Assembly: GCA_965203905.1 (NCBI GenBank)
Contig: CBDBDQ010000005.1
Coordinates: 352,001 to 416,000 of the forward strand
Length of the DNA stretch: 64,000 bases
Source: Spirochaetia bacterium
GTDB lineage: Bacteria > Spirochaetota > Spirochaetia > SZUA-6 > Bin103
Direction of reading: 5' to 3'
Part shown: positions 39,626 through 49,540 of the stretch, piece after piece
Numbering within the stretch: position 1 is the first letter of the stretch
Layout: the number at the start of each line of letters is the position of its first letter
Position numbers and translations under genes: made by a program
Notes under the pieces: model-generated
What the model was told of the DNA's origin: nothing
The model's input: only the letters and a program-made list of their open reading frames with translations
Databases searched by the model: none

Positions 39626-40681
39626 ATGGGAGATCAGGTAGCGCAGAAGTTCCGGGTAGCGGTAACGGCGGACGCCTTCGATGCCGACGGCGAGCCGCGC
39701 TTCGCGGAGATGGGGCTGGAGATCCTCGAACGGACGCCGGGGGTGGAGTATCGGCCGCTGGACGAGTACCGCCCGGTTCTCGAAGCCCGCCAACTGGAGG
39801 GGCTGCAGGGCCTCTTGGTGCTCGACGGCGGCGTCGACGCGGCGACGCTGAGCCGGAGCGAGGAGTTTCTGGCGCTGAGCCGGTTCGGCGTCGGCTACGA
39901 TCAGATCGACGTTCCCGCCTGCACCGAAGCCGACGTCGTGTTGCTGATTGCCGCCGGCGCGGTGGACCGCTCGATGGCGGAGGCGACCGTCGGCTGGATG
40001 ATCGCCATCACCCACCACACGCTGCTCAAGGACCGCATGGTGCGCCGGGGCGACTGGGAGCGGTCGCGCTGCGTCGGGGTGGAGTTGCGCGACCGTACTC
40101 TGGGGGTGATCGGACTGGGCGGCATCGCGCGTGAGACCATCCGCCTGCTGGCGCCGTTCGGCATGCGGCCGCCGCTCGCCTGCGACCCGTACGTGGACCC
40201 GGCCGTCGGCGCGGCGCTGGGGGTGGAGCTGGTGGATCTCGCCACCCTGCTCGCGGGCGCGGACTTCGTGTCGCTGCATTGCCCGTTGAACGACACCACC
40301 CGCGGCCTGCTGGGCGCCCGCGAGCTGGCGTTGATGAAACCGGACGCCTACCTGATCAACACCGCGCGCGGCGGCCTGGTGGACGAGGACGCCTTGCTTG
40401 CAGCGCTCGGCGAGGGCCGCATCGCCGGTGCCGCCCTCGACTGCTTCGCCGACGAGCCGCACACCGATCCGCAGCGGTGGCAGGGACTGGACAACGTGAT
40501 TCTGGCGCCGCACTGCATCGGCTGGACCGACGAGCTGTTCCGCGACATGGGCAGGGCGGCGTGCCGCGGGATCGTCGACCTGGCCCAGGGGCGCCGGCCA
40601 CACGGCATGGTGAACCCGGAGGTGCTGGCCAAGGCCTCGTTCCAGGACAAGTGGCGGCGCCTGCGCATCGCACCCGGCTGA
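39626..40681 (+). CDS. D-2-hydroxyacid dehydrogenase (SerA-like)
   Basis: GVGYD, GVIGLGGIA, INTARG, ILAPH. Confidence 0.88.
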   Translation: MGDQVAQKFRVAVTADAFDADGEPRFAEMGLEILERTPGVEYRPLDEYRPVLEARQLEGLQGLLVLDGGVDAATLSRSEEFLALSRFGVGYDQIDVPACTEADVVLLIAAGAVDRSMAEATVGWMIAITHHTLLKDRMVRRGDWERSRCVGVELRDRTLGVIGLGGIARETIRLLAPFGMRPPLACDPYVDPAVGAALGVELVDLATLLAGADFVSLHCPLNDTTRGLLGARELALMKPDAYLINTARGGLVDEDALLAALGEGRIAGAALDCFADEPHTDPQRWQGLDNVILAPHCIGWTDELFRDMGRAACRGIVDLAQGRRPHGMVNPEVLAKASFQDKWRRLRIAPG

Positions 40682-40749
40682 GCCGGCGCGCCGCCCCGAG
40701 GAGGGAGCATGAACCGTAACTTGCGCCGCACGGGCGCCGGAGCCGCGTG

Positions 40750-41625
40750 ATGGCGCCGGCAACCGCCCCCGCGGCCACCGAGCTGCTGCCGGCTGTCAAC
40801 GCCGACGGCCTGCCGGTGGTGCCGATGAGCGACGAGCAGAAGTACCTGTTCGACTTGAAGGGCTGGATCACCCTGCCGGGTCTGCTGGAGGAGCGGCGGT
40901 TGGAGCGGATCCGCGCCCACCAGATGCAGTTTCTCTATCACCCCGAGACGCTGCCGCCGGAAGAACGGGACAACCACGGCGGCCCCTCGCAGGTGCTGCT
41001 CGATGCGCCGGCGGTGGTCGGCGTGCTGAACGAGATCATTTCCCATCAGCCGCTGGCGGCGGAGGACTGCTACGGGTTCCGTTTCGACCACACCTATACC
41101 AGCCACCGGCAGGCCGGCCACGACAATTTCAACCCCCACGGCGGCGGCGGGCTGTTCAACTTCAGCGGCAACTCGCACCTCTACCAGATGCACCCGGGCA
41201 GGGTCCACGCCGGCCTGGTACGGGTGGTGTGGGAGCTGAACCAGGTGGCCGCGGGAGAGGGCGGCACGCTGTTCCTGTCCGGCAGCCACAAGAGCGCGTT
41301 CGCGCGGCCCGAGTCGCTCTCCGGCCGCGACAGTGCGTTGTGGGAGACCTACTCCTGTCCGCCCGGCTCGGCGGTGATCTTCACCGAGGCGCTGTGCCAC
41401 ACCGGAACGCGGTGGAGCAACACCAGCCGCGACCGCTTGAGCCTGTTCACCTGTTACAATACGGTGAACGCGAAGTGGGGGAAGGCGTGTCCGCCCCCCG
41501 CAGTGATCGCAGCCATGCCACCGCTGCGGCGCACGCTGTATCGCGGAGTGTGGCACGGCATGCGCGAGGTGCCGAACATCAACAAGTACCATGACGAAGC
41601 CAACACCGGACGCTTTGTGGATTGA
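40750..41625 (+). CDS. PhyH-fold Fe/2OG enzyme with HxG motif
   Basis: QKYLFDLKGW, PHGGGG, GSHKS, IFTEALCHTG, distal Arg in RLSLF. Confidence 0.8.
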   Translation: MAPATAPAATELLPAVNADGLPVVPMSDEQKYLFDLKGWITLPGLLEERRLERIRAHQMQFLYHPETLPPEERDNHGGPSQVLLDAPAVVGVLNEIISHQPLAAEDCYGFRFDHTYTSHRQAGHDNFNPHGGGGLFNFSGNSHLYQMHPGRVHAGLVRVVWELNQVAAGEGGTLFLSGSHKSAFARPESLSGRDSALWETYSCPPGSAVIFTEALCHTGTRWSNTSRDRLSLFTCYNTVNAKWGKACPPPAVIAAMPPLRRTLYRGVWHGMREVPNINKYHDEANTGRFVD

Positions 41626-42457
41626 CGGCGCCGTCTCGGACTACCCCGCCGACCTCTACCGCTTCGCGGGGACGGCCGACGGGGTCACCGGGTTCGCCGC
41701 GGCGGACGACGCCGCGGTGGCTCACTTCCAGCGCCACGGCTACCTGGTGATTCACCAAGCCTTTTCGGAGCGGGAAGTGGCGGGCGCCCTGGACGAGATG
41801 CTGGATCTGCTCACCCACCCGCGCCCCGCCTTCACCGGCGTGCAGTTCGAGCGCACGGCGCCGCAGGAGAAGCTGGAGGCGATGGCCCCGGCGCTGCGCC
41901 AGGACTACGTGCGCAAGTTCTTCCACTTCGTCGAGTTCGCACCGCGGATGAAGGCGCTGTCGGAACACCCCGAGCTGCTGGACGTGGTCAGCCGCGTGAT
42001 CGGCGCACGGCCGGCGCTGTTTCAGGACATGGCCCTGCTCAAGCCGCCGCGGATCGGCCGCGAGAAGCCGTGGCACCAGGATCACGCCTACTTCGACCTG
42101 CCGCTCGATACGCCGGTGGTGGGGGTGTGGATCGCCCTCGACCGCGCCACCACGGACAACGGCTGCATGACCATCATTCCCGGCTCACACCGCCGCGGAC
42201 CGGTGGTCCACTTCCAGCGCCGCGACTGGCAGATCTGCGACACCCACGTGGACAACCGCGGCGCCCTGGCGGTCCCCCTGGAGCCGGGCGGCTGCCTGCT
42301 GTTCTCCAGCTTCATGCACCACGGCACCCCCACAAACACCGCCGCCGAGCGCCGCCGCGCCCTGCAGTTCCACTACGCCCCCGCCGGCGCTCCAGGTATC
42401 TGCAAAGAACAGCGCATGGCCGTGTTCGGCGCCGAGGGCAAGTCCGTCACCTGCTGA
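41591..42457 (+). CDS. Phytanoyl-CoA dioxygenase (PhyH) family protein
   Basis: KPWHQD, DNGCMTIIPGSH, HHGTPTN..RRRALQFHY. Confidence 0.9.
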   Translation: MTKPTPDALWIDGAVSDYPADLYRFAGTADGVTGFAAADDAAVAHFQRHGYLVIHQAFSEREVAGALDEMLDLLTHPRPAFTGVQFERTAPQEKLEAMAPALRQDYVRKFFHFVEFAPRMKALSEHPELLDVVSRVIGARPALFQDMALLKPPRIGREKPWHQDHAYFDLPLDTPVVGVWIALDRATTDNGCMTIIPGSHRRGPVVHFQRRDWQICDTHVDNRGALAVPLEPGGCLLFSSFMHHGTPTNTAAERRRALQFHYAPAGAPGICKEQRMAVFGAEGKSVTC

Positions 42458-42552
42458 CGCCCCGGGGAGACGCCGCGATCAGTCGGCAGGTCGCCACGAC
42501 GGCATATTGATTACGTGACACGTTGCTTCCATATTAGGCGGGCGGAGGAAGG

Positions 42553-42783
42553 ATGATGCCGGAACGTCAGCTACAGTGGGACGACGATCTAGAGCCTGAA
42601 CCGCCGCGCAGTTTCCGCGGCCAGTTCGTGTTTGGGTTTGCGCTTGAGCCGAGACTCGCTCCAGCGGACTTCCATGCGCTGAATGCCGAGTATCGGTCGC
42701 GGCCGCCGCGCCAGCCGCGTGGCCCTGCCGACGAGACCCGCACGTTGAACTGGGAAGCAGACGAAGCGGACGCCACCGAGTAG
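42553..42783 (+). CDS. Small hypothetical protein
   Basis: Strong RBS GGAGGAAGG and a promoter-like TTGATT-17-CATATT upstream. Confidence 0.4.
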   Translation: MMPERQLQWDDDLEPEPPRSFRGQFVFGFALEPRLAPADFHALNAEYRSRPPRQPRGPADETRTLNWEADEADATE

Positions 42784-42829
42784 CCGGTACACCACGCACA
42801 CCGCCGCCGCGGTCGGCGGCGTCCGCCGG

Positions 42830-43012
42830 CAGCACCGGTGCCCACGCGGCCTCGACCTCGGAGCCGGAACGATACGGCTTCACGTCCGCCGCCAACAGCC
42901 CGAAGCGGCCGTCGTTGTCGAAGTCCCCCGCGGCGAATGGCCATCGTGTTGTAGGTGGTCTGCCGGAACGGCGTAGCCGGCACCCAACGTCGCGCCCGGT
43001 TGAGGTACTTGC
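42830..43012 (-). pseudogene. FG-GAP/CRTAC1-like repeat protein remnant
   Basis: TTYNTMA and AAGDFDNDGR in adjacent frames. Confidence 0.45.
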
Positions 43013-43043
43013 ATAACGATACTTGGCCACGTATGTTCCCCCT

Positions 43044-43265
43044 ATGGCACAGGTCACGGTGTACCTGCCCCAGGACGTGTTGGATGCGGCGCGCAAGCTG
43101 GCCAAGGAACAGAACAGCAGCCTGTCGGCGTGGCTCAGTGGCTTGGTGCGCCGGGAAAGCGTTGCGGAGTGGCCCAAGAGCCTGGTCGACCTGTTGCATC
43201 ACGGCAGCGCGGACCTGATCGAGCCTGAAGACCCGCCCCCCGAAGATGTCGAGACGTTCCGGTGA
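43044..43265 (+). CDS. VapB/CopG-like antitoxin
   Basis: MAQVTVYLPQDVLDAARKLAKEQNSSLSAWL RHH; GTGA overlap with vapC. Confidence 0.8.
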   Translation: MAQVTVYLPQDVLDAARKLAKEQNSSLSAWLSGLVRRESVAEWPKSLVDLLHHGSADLIEPEDPPPEDVETFR

Positions 43266-43657
43266 CGTGGTTGCTCGACACCAGCGTCTGCGTGCCTCTG
43301 ATCAATCGCTCGGATGAGAACTTGGCACGCCGGCTGCTCAACCACGCGCCCGGATCGATTTACCTCTGCAGTGTCGTCAAGGCGGAGCTCCACTTCGGGG
43401 CCCAGAACTCGCAACGAGTGGCAGAGAACGTGCGTCGATTGGAGACCTTCTGCGAGGCGTTTCCGTCACTTCCGTTCGATGACGAGGCGGCGAAGCACTA
43501 CGGAGCCGTACGAGCCCAGCTGCGCCGGGAAGGCCGCCCGATTGGGGCGAACGACTTGATGATCGCATCGATCGCACTTGCCGGTGCCATTACGCTCGCT
43601 ACGCGCAACGTGGACGAATTCAGCCGCGTTGCGGGCCTGAACGTGGAGGGCTGGTAG
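43262..43657 (+). CDS. vapC: VapC PIN-domain ribonuclease toxin
   Basis: LLDTSVC, KAELHFG, IGANDLMIASIA, LATRNVDEFSRV. Confidence 0.92.
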   Translation: MTWLLDTSVCVPLINRSDENLARRLLNHAPGSIYLCSVVKAELHFGAQNSQRVAENVRRLETFCEAFPSLPFDDEAAKHYGAVRAQLRREGRPIGANDLMIASIALAGAITLATRNVDEFSRVAGLNVEGW

Positions 43658-43673
43658 CGCCTGCCACTCCGGG

Positions 43674-44795
43674 CTACTGCTTGTAGGGGTCGGCGGCGTC
43701 GCGCAAGCCGTCGCCGAGGAAGTTGAAGGCCAGCACCACCGTTACCACGAACAGGCCCGGGATCAGCAGCCACGGGTTCTGCACCACGGTGCGCACGTTC
43801 TGGGCCTCCTTCAGCAGCGCACCCCAGCTCACCGAAGGCGGCCGAATCCCCAGCCCCAGAAAGCTCAGCGAGGTTTCCGCCAGGATCATGCCGGGAATCG
43901 ACAGCGTCAGGCTTACGATCAGGTAGCTCATGAACGACGGCAGCAGGTGTCGCCCGATGATGGACGGCTCGCCGGTGCCGCTGATCTTCGCCGCCATCAC
44001 GAAGTCCTCCTCGCGCAGCTCCAGCAAGCGCCCGCGCACCACCCGCGCCAGGCCGGTCCAGCCGACGATGGAGAGTATGATGGTGATGCCGAAGTAGACC
44101 CGTATCGGCGGCCACAGCGGCGGCAGTGCAGCGCTCAGCGCCATCCACAGCGGGATGGTGGGAATGGAGATCAGAAACTCGACGATGCGCTGAATCACCG
44201 CGTCGGTGGTGCCGCCGTAGTAACCGGAGATACCGCCCAGGATGCAGCCCAGGACGAAGCTGATCGCCACCCCCACCAGGCCGATGGTGAGCGAGATGCG
44301 GGACGCGTACACCACCCGCGAGAACACGTCCCGGCCCAGCTTGTCGGTGCCGAACAGGAACACTACGCCGTCTCGCACCCCGAAGAAGTGCAGGTCTGAC
44401 GGGAATCTGCTCCACAGCTTGTATTCCACGCCGCGCACGAAGAAGTGGATCGGGTGGCGGACCGTTACGTCGTCCTGGTACTTCCAGCGCAGCGTGACCG
44501 GGTCGCGCTCCGGCTTCAGGCCGTAGACGAACGGCCGCAGGTGAAACCGGCCCTCGGCATCGAAGAAGCGCACCTGTTGCGGGCGGGCGAAGGTGTAGTC
44601 GGGATGGCGCGTGGCGGTGTCGTAGGGGGCGAAGAACTCGCAGCAGAGAGCGCCGACGTAGAACACCAGCAGGAAGCCGCCGCCGAACAGGGCCAGCTTG
44701 TGCTTGCGGAGCTTGCGCCACATGAGCTGCCACTGCGAGGCGACAAACTCGCGCTCCTGACGGTCGACCTCCTGCTGCCTCGTTCGCGCCAGCAC
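43674..44795 (-). CDS. ABC permease (DppC-like)
   Basis: ASQWQL, GTDKLGRD, FNFLGDGLRDAADPY. Confidence 0.92.
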   Translation of the reverse strand: MLARTRQQEVDRQEREFVASQWQLMWRKLRKHKLALFGGGFLLVFYVGALCCEFFAPYDTATRHPDYTFARPQQVRFFDAEGRFHLRPFVYGLKPERDPVTLRWKYQDDVTVRHPIHFFVRGVEYKLWSRFPSDLHFFGVRDGVVFLFGTDKLGRDVFSRVVYASRISLTIGLVGVAISFVLGCILGGISGYYGGTTDAVIQRIVEFLISIPTIPLWMALSAALPPLWPPIRVYFGITIILSIVGWTGLARVVRGRLLELREEDFVMAAKISGTGEPSIIGRHLLPSFMSYLIVSLTLSIPGMILAETSLSFLGLGIRPPSVSWGALLKEAQNVRTVVQNPWLLIPGLFVVTVVLAFNFLGDGLRDAADPYKQ

Positions 44796-44799
44796 CGCT

Positions 44800-45795
44800 T
44801 CAGGCCGCCTTGCTCTCGTACCTGATGCGCGGGTCGACCCACACCAGCAGGATGTCGGACAGCAACGTGCCGATCACGGTCAGGAACGTGAGAAACATCA
44901 CCGTGCTGCCGGCCAGGTAGGTGTCCTGGGAGATGAGTGCCCGGAACAGCAGCGGGCCGGTGGTGGGCAGACTCAGCACGATGGCGGTGATGGTCTCGCC
45001 GGACACGATGCCGGGCAGGATCCAGCCGATGGTGCTGATGATCGGGTTGATCGCGATCCGGACCGGGTACTTGAACAGCAGGGACGGCTCCGCGACTCCC
45101 TTGGCGCGGGCGGTGATGACGTACTGCTTGCTCAGCTCGTCGAGCAGGCCGCCGCGCATGACGCGGATCAGGCCGGCCGTCCCCGCGGTGCCGATCACGA
45201 TGATCGGCACCGGCAGATGCTTGAGCATGTCCCACACCTTGGCCAGGCTCCACGGCGCCAACTGGTACTCCAGCGAGAACAGGCCGCCGGGGCTGACGCC
45301 GAAGAACTTCGACAGGATCAGCATCAGGATCAGCGCCAGCAGGAAGTTGGGCGTCGCCAGGCCGGCGAATCCGACCACGGTGAAGGCGTAGTCGCCGAGC
45401 GAATACTGGTGGGTGGCGGAGTAGATGCCGATCGGGATCGACACCACGTACACGAACACCAGGGTGACCATCGAGATGGCGACGGTGAGCGGCAGGCGCT
45501 CGGCGAGCAGGGCACTCACCGGTTGGTTCATCTCGAACGATCGACCCAGGTCGCCCTGCAGCATGTTCCACACCCACTTCAGGTACTGCATGTGCGGGGG
45601 CCGGTCGAGCCCGTACTGCCGCTCCAAAGAGCGGATGCGTTCCTCGTCGATGTTGATGCCGCGCGCTCGGAGGTTCTCCAGCATGGTGGTCAGATAGTCG
45701 CCCGGCGGGAGCTGGATGATGATGAACGCGACCACCGACACGGCTATCATCACCACGATCATCACCAGCACGCGGCGGCCGATGTAGGACAGCAC
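44800..45795 (-). CDS. ABC permease (DppB-like)
   Basis: IIQLPPGD, TARAKGV, VDPRIRY. Confidence 0.92.
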   Translation of the reverse strand: MLSYIGRRVLVMIVVMIAVSVVAFIIIQLPPGDYLTTMLENLRARGINIDEERIRSLERQYGLDRPPHMQYLKWVWNMLQGDLGRSFEMNQPVSALLAERLPLTVAISMVTLVFVYVVSIPIGIYSATHQYSLGDYAFTVVGFAGLATPNFLLALILMLILSKFFGVSPGGLFSLEYQLAPWSLAKVWDMLKHLPVPIIVIGTAGTAGLIRVMRGGLLDELSKQYVITARAKGVAEPSLLFKYPVRIAINPIISTIGWILPGIVSGETITAIVLSLPTTGPLLFRALISQDTYLAGSTVMFLTFLTVIGTLLSDILLVWVDPRIRYESKAA

Positions 45796-45859
45796 GATCA
45801 GAGACGGCGGGGGGCGATGCGCTCACCCCCCGTCCGGTATGGCCGCTGTTGCGGCGTGT

Positions 45860-47830
45860 CTACTTCTTCCAGAAGAACTGCTGCGCCTCGTAGTACAGCT
45901 CCAGGCCGTGCTCGGCGTCGGCGCCGAAGCGGTCGGGAATGTTGCGCAGGTTGTTTTTCGCGATGTGCAGCTTGGGCGCCAGGCCGATGGTGCCCATGTG
46001 GTAGAGGTACTCGGCGTTGTAGTCGTAGATCTCCTGCATCAGCACCTTGTAGTCCTCCGAGCCCAGCGGGAATGAGGTCGCCTTCTCGACCCGGTAGTAC
46101 TGCTCCTTGATGTGCTCCGGCGGTTCCTCGCCCGGGAACTTGCCATCCTCGAAGTCGTCCACCGTCTTGGTGCCGAGATAGTTCACGTCGCGGTCGGCAT
46201 TCATCCACCGCGCCCAGGCCGGCGCCTCCTTGACGCCGTGCACGCGCGGCCGGAACGGCTCCACCAGGAACGCGATCTCGCCCACCGTCTGGTAGGGGTG
46301 CACCATGATCATGTGGTCGAGCGCGGCGGTCCGCTGGCCGAACAGCGCCCATGCCAACTCACCCTTGATCTGGATCTTAAGACCCACGTCTTCCCAGTAC
46401 TCCTTCATCAGCTCGAACATGGTGGGATCCGGGAACGACTCGGGGTACTCCAGCAGCAGCACCAGCGTGTCGCCGCCGGGGACGAGCCGGAAGCCGTCCG
46501 CATCGCGCGCCGTCAGACCCATCTCGTCGAGCAGCTCGTTGGCCTTGTCGGGACCGTAGGCGAGGTAGGGGTGCGCCTCGCCCCACTCCGGCTTGTAGAA
46601 GCTGGCGTTGGCCAGCGTGGTCGCCTGGCGCGGGGTGCCGAGGCCGAAGTAGACCGTCTCGTTGATCTCGTCGCGGTTCAGGGCGGTGGACAGCGCGCGC
46701 CGGAAGCGCACGTCGTTGAAGATCTCGCGCAGCGCCGGATCGGGATGGTTCTGGTTGATGCTGAACGCCGCCTCGGAGGCGTTGACCCCCGGCACGGCGA
46801 TCACGCGGTACCCGCCGGCCTGTTCGTTCTCCTTGTACAGCGAGTAGTTCTCCATGCTGGTCAGGGCCACGGCGATGTCCGACTCGCCCGACATGATCTT
46901 GGCCTGGTAGACCTCCTTGTTGACCGCGGTCACCACCACGTCGTCGATGTAGGGAAGCTGGTTGCCGGCCGGATCCACCTGGTAGAAGTACGGGTTGCGC
47001 TTGAAGTACTTCACGGTGGCCGTCTGCTCCTCGAACTCCCACGGCATCGTGGTCGGCTGGTTGGTGTCGGTGGTGGGATAGAAGATCTGGTGGCTGTTGA
47101 AGGCCTCCCACCAGTTGTCGAAACCTTCCTCCTTGGCGAGCGCCTCGGCGTCTTCGTTGTACTTGATGTGCCACTTCTTGAGGTAGTGCTTGGGCGCGTA
47201 GGACGCGATCTCGCCGCCCGGCCAGGTGACCATCACCACCGGCAGCACCGGGTAGGGATTGTCCATCTCGAACTGCACGGTGTAGTCGTCGATCTTGCGG
47301 ATCCGGTTCACCCGCCCGTACAGGTTCCAGGTGCTGACCTCGTCGTTCCAGTGCATGTCCTCGAACATGAACACGATGTCGTCGGCGGTGAACGGATGCC
47401 CGTCCGACCACTTGGTGCCGGGCCGCAGCGACAGCGTCATGCTCTTGCCGTCCGGGGCGAGCTCGTAGCCGGCCGCGAGATCGGGCACGATCTCGTTGTC
47501 AGGGGTGATGTCGAGCAGGAACGAGCTGCCGCCGATCACCTCGCCCATGTCGTTCCACGAGTCCATGTTGATGGCGAAGGCGTTGATGGTGCCGCCGTAC
47601 TGGCCGATCTCCTCGACCACCTCTTTCACCTTGGGGTCGTCCGGCAGCCGTTCGTCCACCGGCGGCAACTCGCCGGCCGCCACCAGCTCGGCCAGCATCG
47701 GCGCCTCGTTGTACTTGCCGGTGCTCATCGTGGTGGTGGTGGAGGCCGTCCCCTCCTCGGTGCCGCCGGCTACGGCGAAACCCGCCACGATCAATGACAG
47801 CCCCACACCCAGTGCGAGTGATTTTCTCAC
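45860..47830 (-). CDS. ABC solute-binding protein, family 5
   Basis: YNEAPML, KWSDGHPFTADD, GNQLPYID. Confidence 0.92.
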   Translation of the reverse strand: MRKSLALGVGLSLIVAGFAVAGGTEEGTASTTTTMSTGKYNEAPMLAELVAAGELPPVDERLPDDPKVKEVVEEIGQYGGTINAFAINMDSWNDMGEVIGGSSFLLDITPDNEIVPDLAAGYELAPDGKSMTLSLRPGTKWSDGHPFTADDIVFMFEDMHWNDEVSTWNLYGRVNRIRKIDDYTVQFEMDNPYPVLPVVMVTWPGGEIASYAPKHYLKKWHIKYNEDAEALAKEEGFDNWWEAFNSHQIFYPTTDTNQPTTMPWEFEEQTATVKYFKRNPYFYQVDPAGNQLPYIDDVVVTAVNKEVYQAKIMSGESDIAVALTSMENYSLYKENEQAGGYRVIAVPGVNASEAAFSINQNHPDPALREIFNDVRFRRALSTALNRDEINETVYFGLGTPRQATTLANASFYKPEWGEAHPYLAYGPDKANELLDEMGLTARDADGFRLVPGGDTLVLLLEYPESFPDPTMFELMKEYWEDVGLKIQIKGELAWALFGQRTAALDHMIMVHPYQTVGEIAFLVEPFRPRVHGVKEAPAWARWMNADRDVNYLGTKTVDDFEDGKFPGEEPPEHIKEQYYRVEKATSFPLGSEDYKVLMQEIYDYNAEYLYHMGTIGLAPKLHIAKNNLRNIPDRFGADAEHGLELYYEAQQFFWKK

Positions 47831-47880
47831 GATCAGTTACTCCTTTGGCCGCTCATCCGCAGCCCGATAGTGTGGAGCGC

Positions 47881-47909
47881 ATTGTAGAGCCGCCGCGAAC
47901 GGCTGTCAA
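47881..47909 (-). promoter_or_regulatory. sigma70 promoter of the Dpp-type operon
   Basis: TTGACA-17 bp-TACAAT, near consensus. Confidence 0.75.
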
Positions 47910-47982
47910 AAGAAAGGCGCGGAGGCGCGGACGGACAGAACACAGGGGTACAAGAGAGCAGTGAAAGAACCTGTCGTTCGGC

Positions 47983-48324
47983 CTATGCCGACCCGCTCGA
48001 TTGTCTTTCGCCCACCTTCACCAGGGTGCGCGGTTCGAGTCGATCGAGCCGGTTCAGCAACTCGGGCAGGAGCGGGCGCAAGGCGTCGAGGCGGTTGGTC
48101 ACGGCTACGAGCACTACCACGGCCATCGGTAATTCGCGTAGATTCTGCTGGTATTCGATGTTCTGATCGGCGGTCAGAAAGAGGTCGAACTGACCCGCCG
48201 CGGCTCGAAGCAATTCACCGTTATCGAGACCGGACCACCCGTTGTCGGTTACCGTGGAGACTATATGCCCAGGCAGCTCACGGGCGAGTCTTCTTGGTAA
48301 CGATTCATCGAGCAGTATTCGCAT
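47983..48324 (-). CDS. DUF5615 PIN-like toxin (VapC45-like)
   Basis: MRILLDESLP, GWSGLDNGELL, FLTADQNIEYQQN. Confidence 0.85.
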   Translation of the reverse strand: MRILLDESLPRRLARELPGHIVSTVTDNGWSGLDNGELLRAAAGQFDLFLTADQNIEYQQNLRELPMAVVVLVAVTNRLDALRPLLPELLNRLDRLEPRTLVKVGERQSSGSA

Positions 48325-48526
48325 TGGCGCCCAGAGCTGCCCGCGCCATCTCCAGCGCGGCGATTGCCTTGGCGCGATCTACAGCGGGGAAGTCGATCAG
48401 GAATTGATCAAGAGTATCCCCCGCCTCCAGATAGTCGAAGAGGTTCTTCACCGGAATGCGCGTCGCAGTGAATACCGGTACCCCCCCCTGGATCCTGGGA
48501 TTCCTGTGTACGACTGTTTCTTCCAT
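48305..48526 (-). CDS. DUF433 antitoxin
   Basis: PRIQGGVPVFTATRIPV..LFDYLEAG. Confidence 0.88.
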   Translation of the reverse strand: MEETVVHRNPRIQGGVPVFTATRIPVKNLFDYLEAGDTLDQFLIDFPAVDRAKAIAALEMARAALGANANTAR

Positions 48527-48528
48527 AG

Positions 48529-48612
48529 GTCAGCAGGGTCACTCCGTGACACGGAAGACCATGAAGACGGCGCATGGGGCAGTGCACGGTGGCCGCCACT
48601 TTCGGACCAGTC
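48529..48612 (-). repeat. Dispersed 84-bp repeat, copy 1 (IS-end/MITE-like)
   Basis: Reverse complement of 62174-62257 with 4 mismatches. Confidence 0.85.
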
Positions 48613-48689
48613 TTCCCATCATACCCCATCATACCCGGTTCCCGCGGGCGAGACAGCAGCGCCGCCCCGCGGCTCGCACGCCACCGGCA

Positions 48690-49526
48690 TTATGCACCTC
48701 GCGGCGTGCGGTACACCACCGTGTTCAGCTCGCTGTCGGCGAGTTCGCCCGGCTTGCGGCCGCCTAGAAACACCCGCGCGTCGTTGACCCGCGACGGGTT
48801 GCTGAGAGTATCGACCCGGGTCCCGTCGGGGTAGAAGGTGACGATCATCGCCTCACGCATGGCGTCCGAGTGGTTGGCCGGCGCGCCGTGCACGGTCCAG
48901 CCCAGGTGAAAGGTGCAATCGCCCGCGGCCAGTTCCTCGGTCTGATGGATCTCGAGTTGCTCGCGGGCAATGAACCGATCGAAGTGGTGCGCCGACTCGT
49001 CGCTGATCTGCTGGCCCTCCAGGTCGCCGTAGCAATGCGAGCCGCGCACGAAGCGGATCGAGCCCATCTCCCGGCTGCAGTCGACCAGCGGCATCCACAG
49101 CCCCAGCGACCGGTCGGTGGCCAGCGGCCAGTAGTACTGGTCCTGGTGCCAGTGGGAGTCGCTGCCGCCGGGCTGCTTGAACAGCGCCTGCTCGTGGAAG
49201 ATGCGCACCGCCGGCACCCGCAGCAGACGGGCGGCGATGGCGCCGAAGCGTGGTGCGAGACAGAAGCGGCGCACCCCCTCGGAGTCGAAGCGCAGACCCA
49301 GGGTCTGCAGGAACGCGCCGTGGGCGGCGGCCTGCATCTGCCTGGCCGCGAAGCGGCGCATCGCAGTCTCCCGGATCAACGGGGCGTAGGCGCGGATCTC
49401 CCGCGGGGTCAGCACCGCACGCAGGACGATGAAACCGTCGCGCCAGAAGCGTTCCACCTGCGCGTCCGAAATCGCGTAATTGGCTTCCAGCGACGGCAGC
49501 TCACCGCGGTCGGCCGGCGTGCTCAT
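48690..49526 (-). CDS. Phytanoyl-CoA dioxygenase (PhyH) family protein
   Basis: SHWHQDQYY, VRGSH, FHLGWTVHGA. Confidence 0.9.
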   Translation of the reverse strand: MSTPADRGELPSLEANYAISDAQVERFWRDGFIVLRAVLTPREIRAYAPLIRETAMRRFAARQMQAAAHGAFLQTLGLRFDSEGVRRFCLAPRFGAIAARLLRVPAVRIFHEQALFKQPGGSDSHWHQDQYYWPLATDRSLGLWMPLVDCSREMGSIRFVRGSHCYGDLEGQQISDESAHHFDRFIAREQLEIHQTEELAAGDCTFHLGWTVHGAPANHSDAMREAMIVTFYPDGTRVDTLSNPSRVNDARVFLGGRKPGELADSELNTVVYRTPRGA

Positions 49527-49540
49527 GTGTAGCTTCTCCT

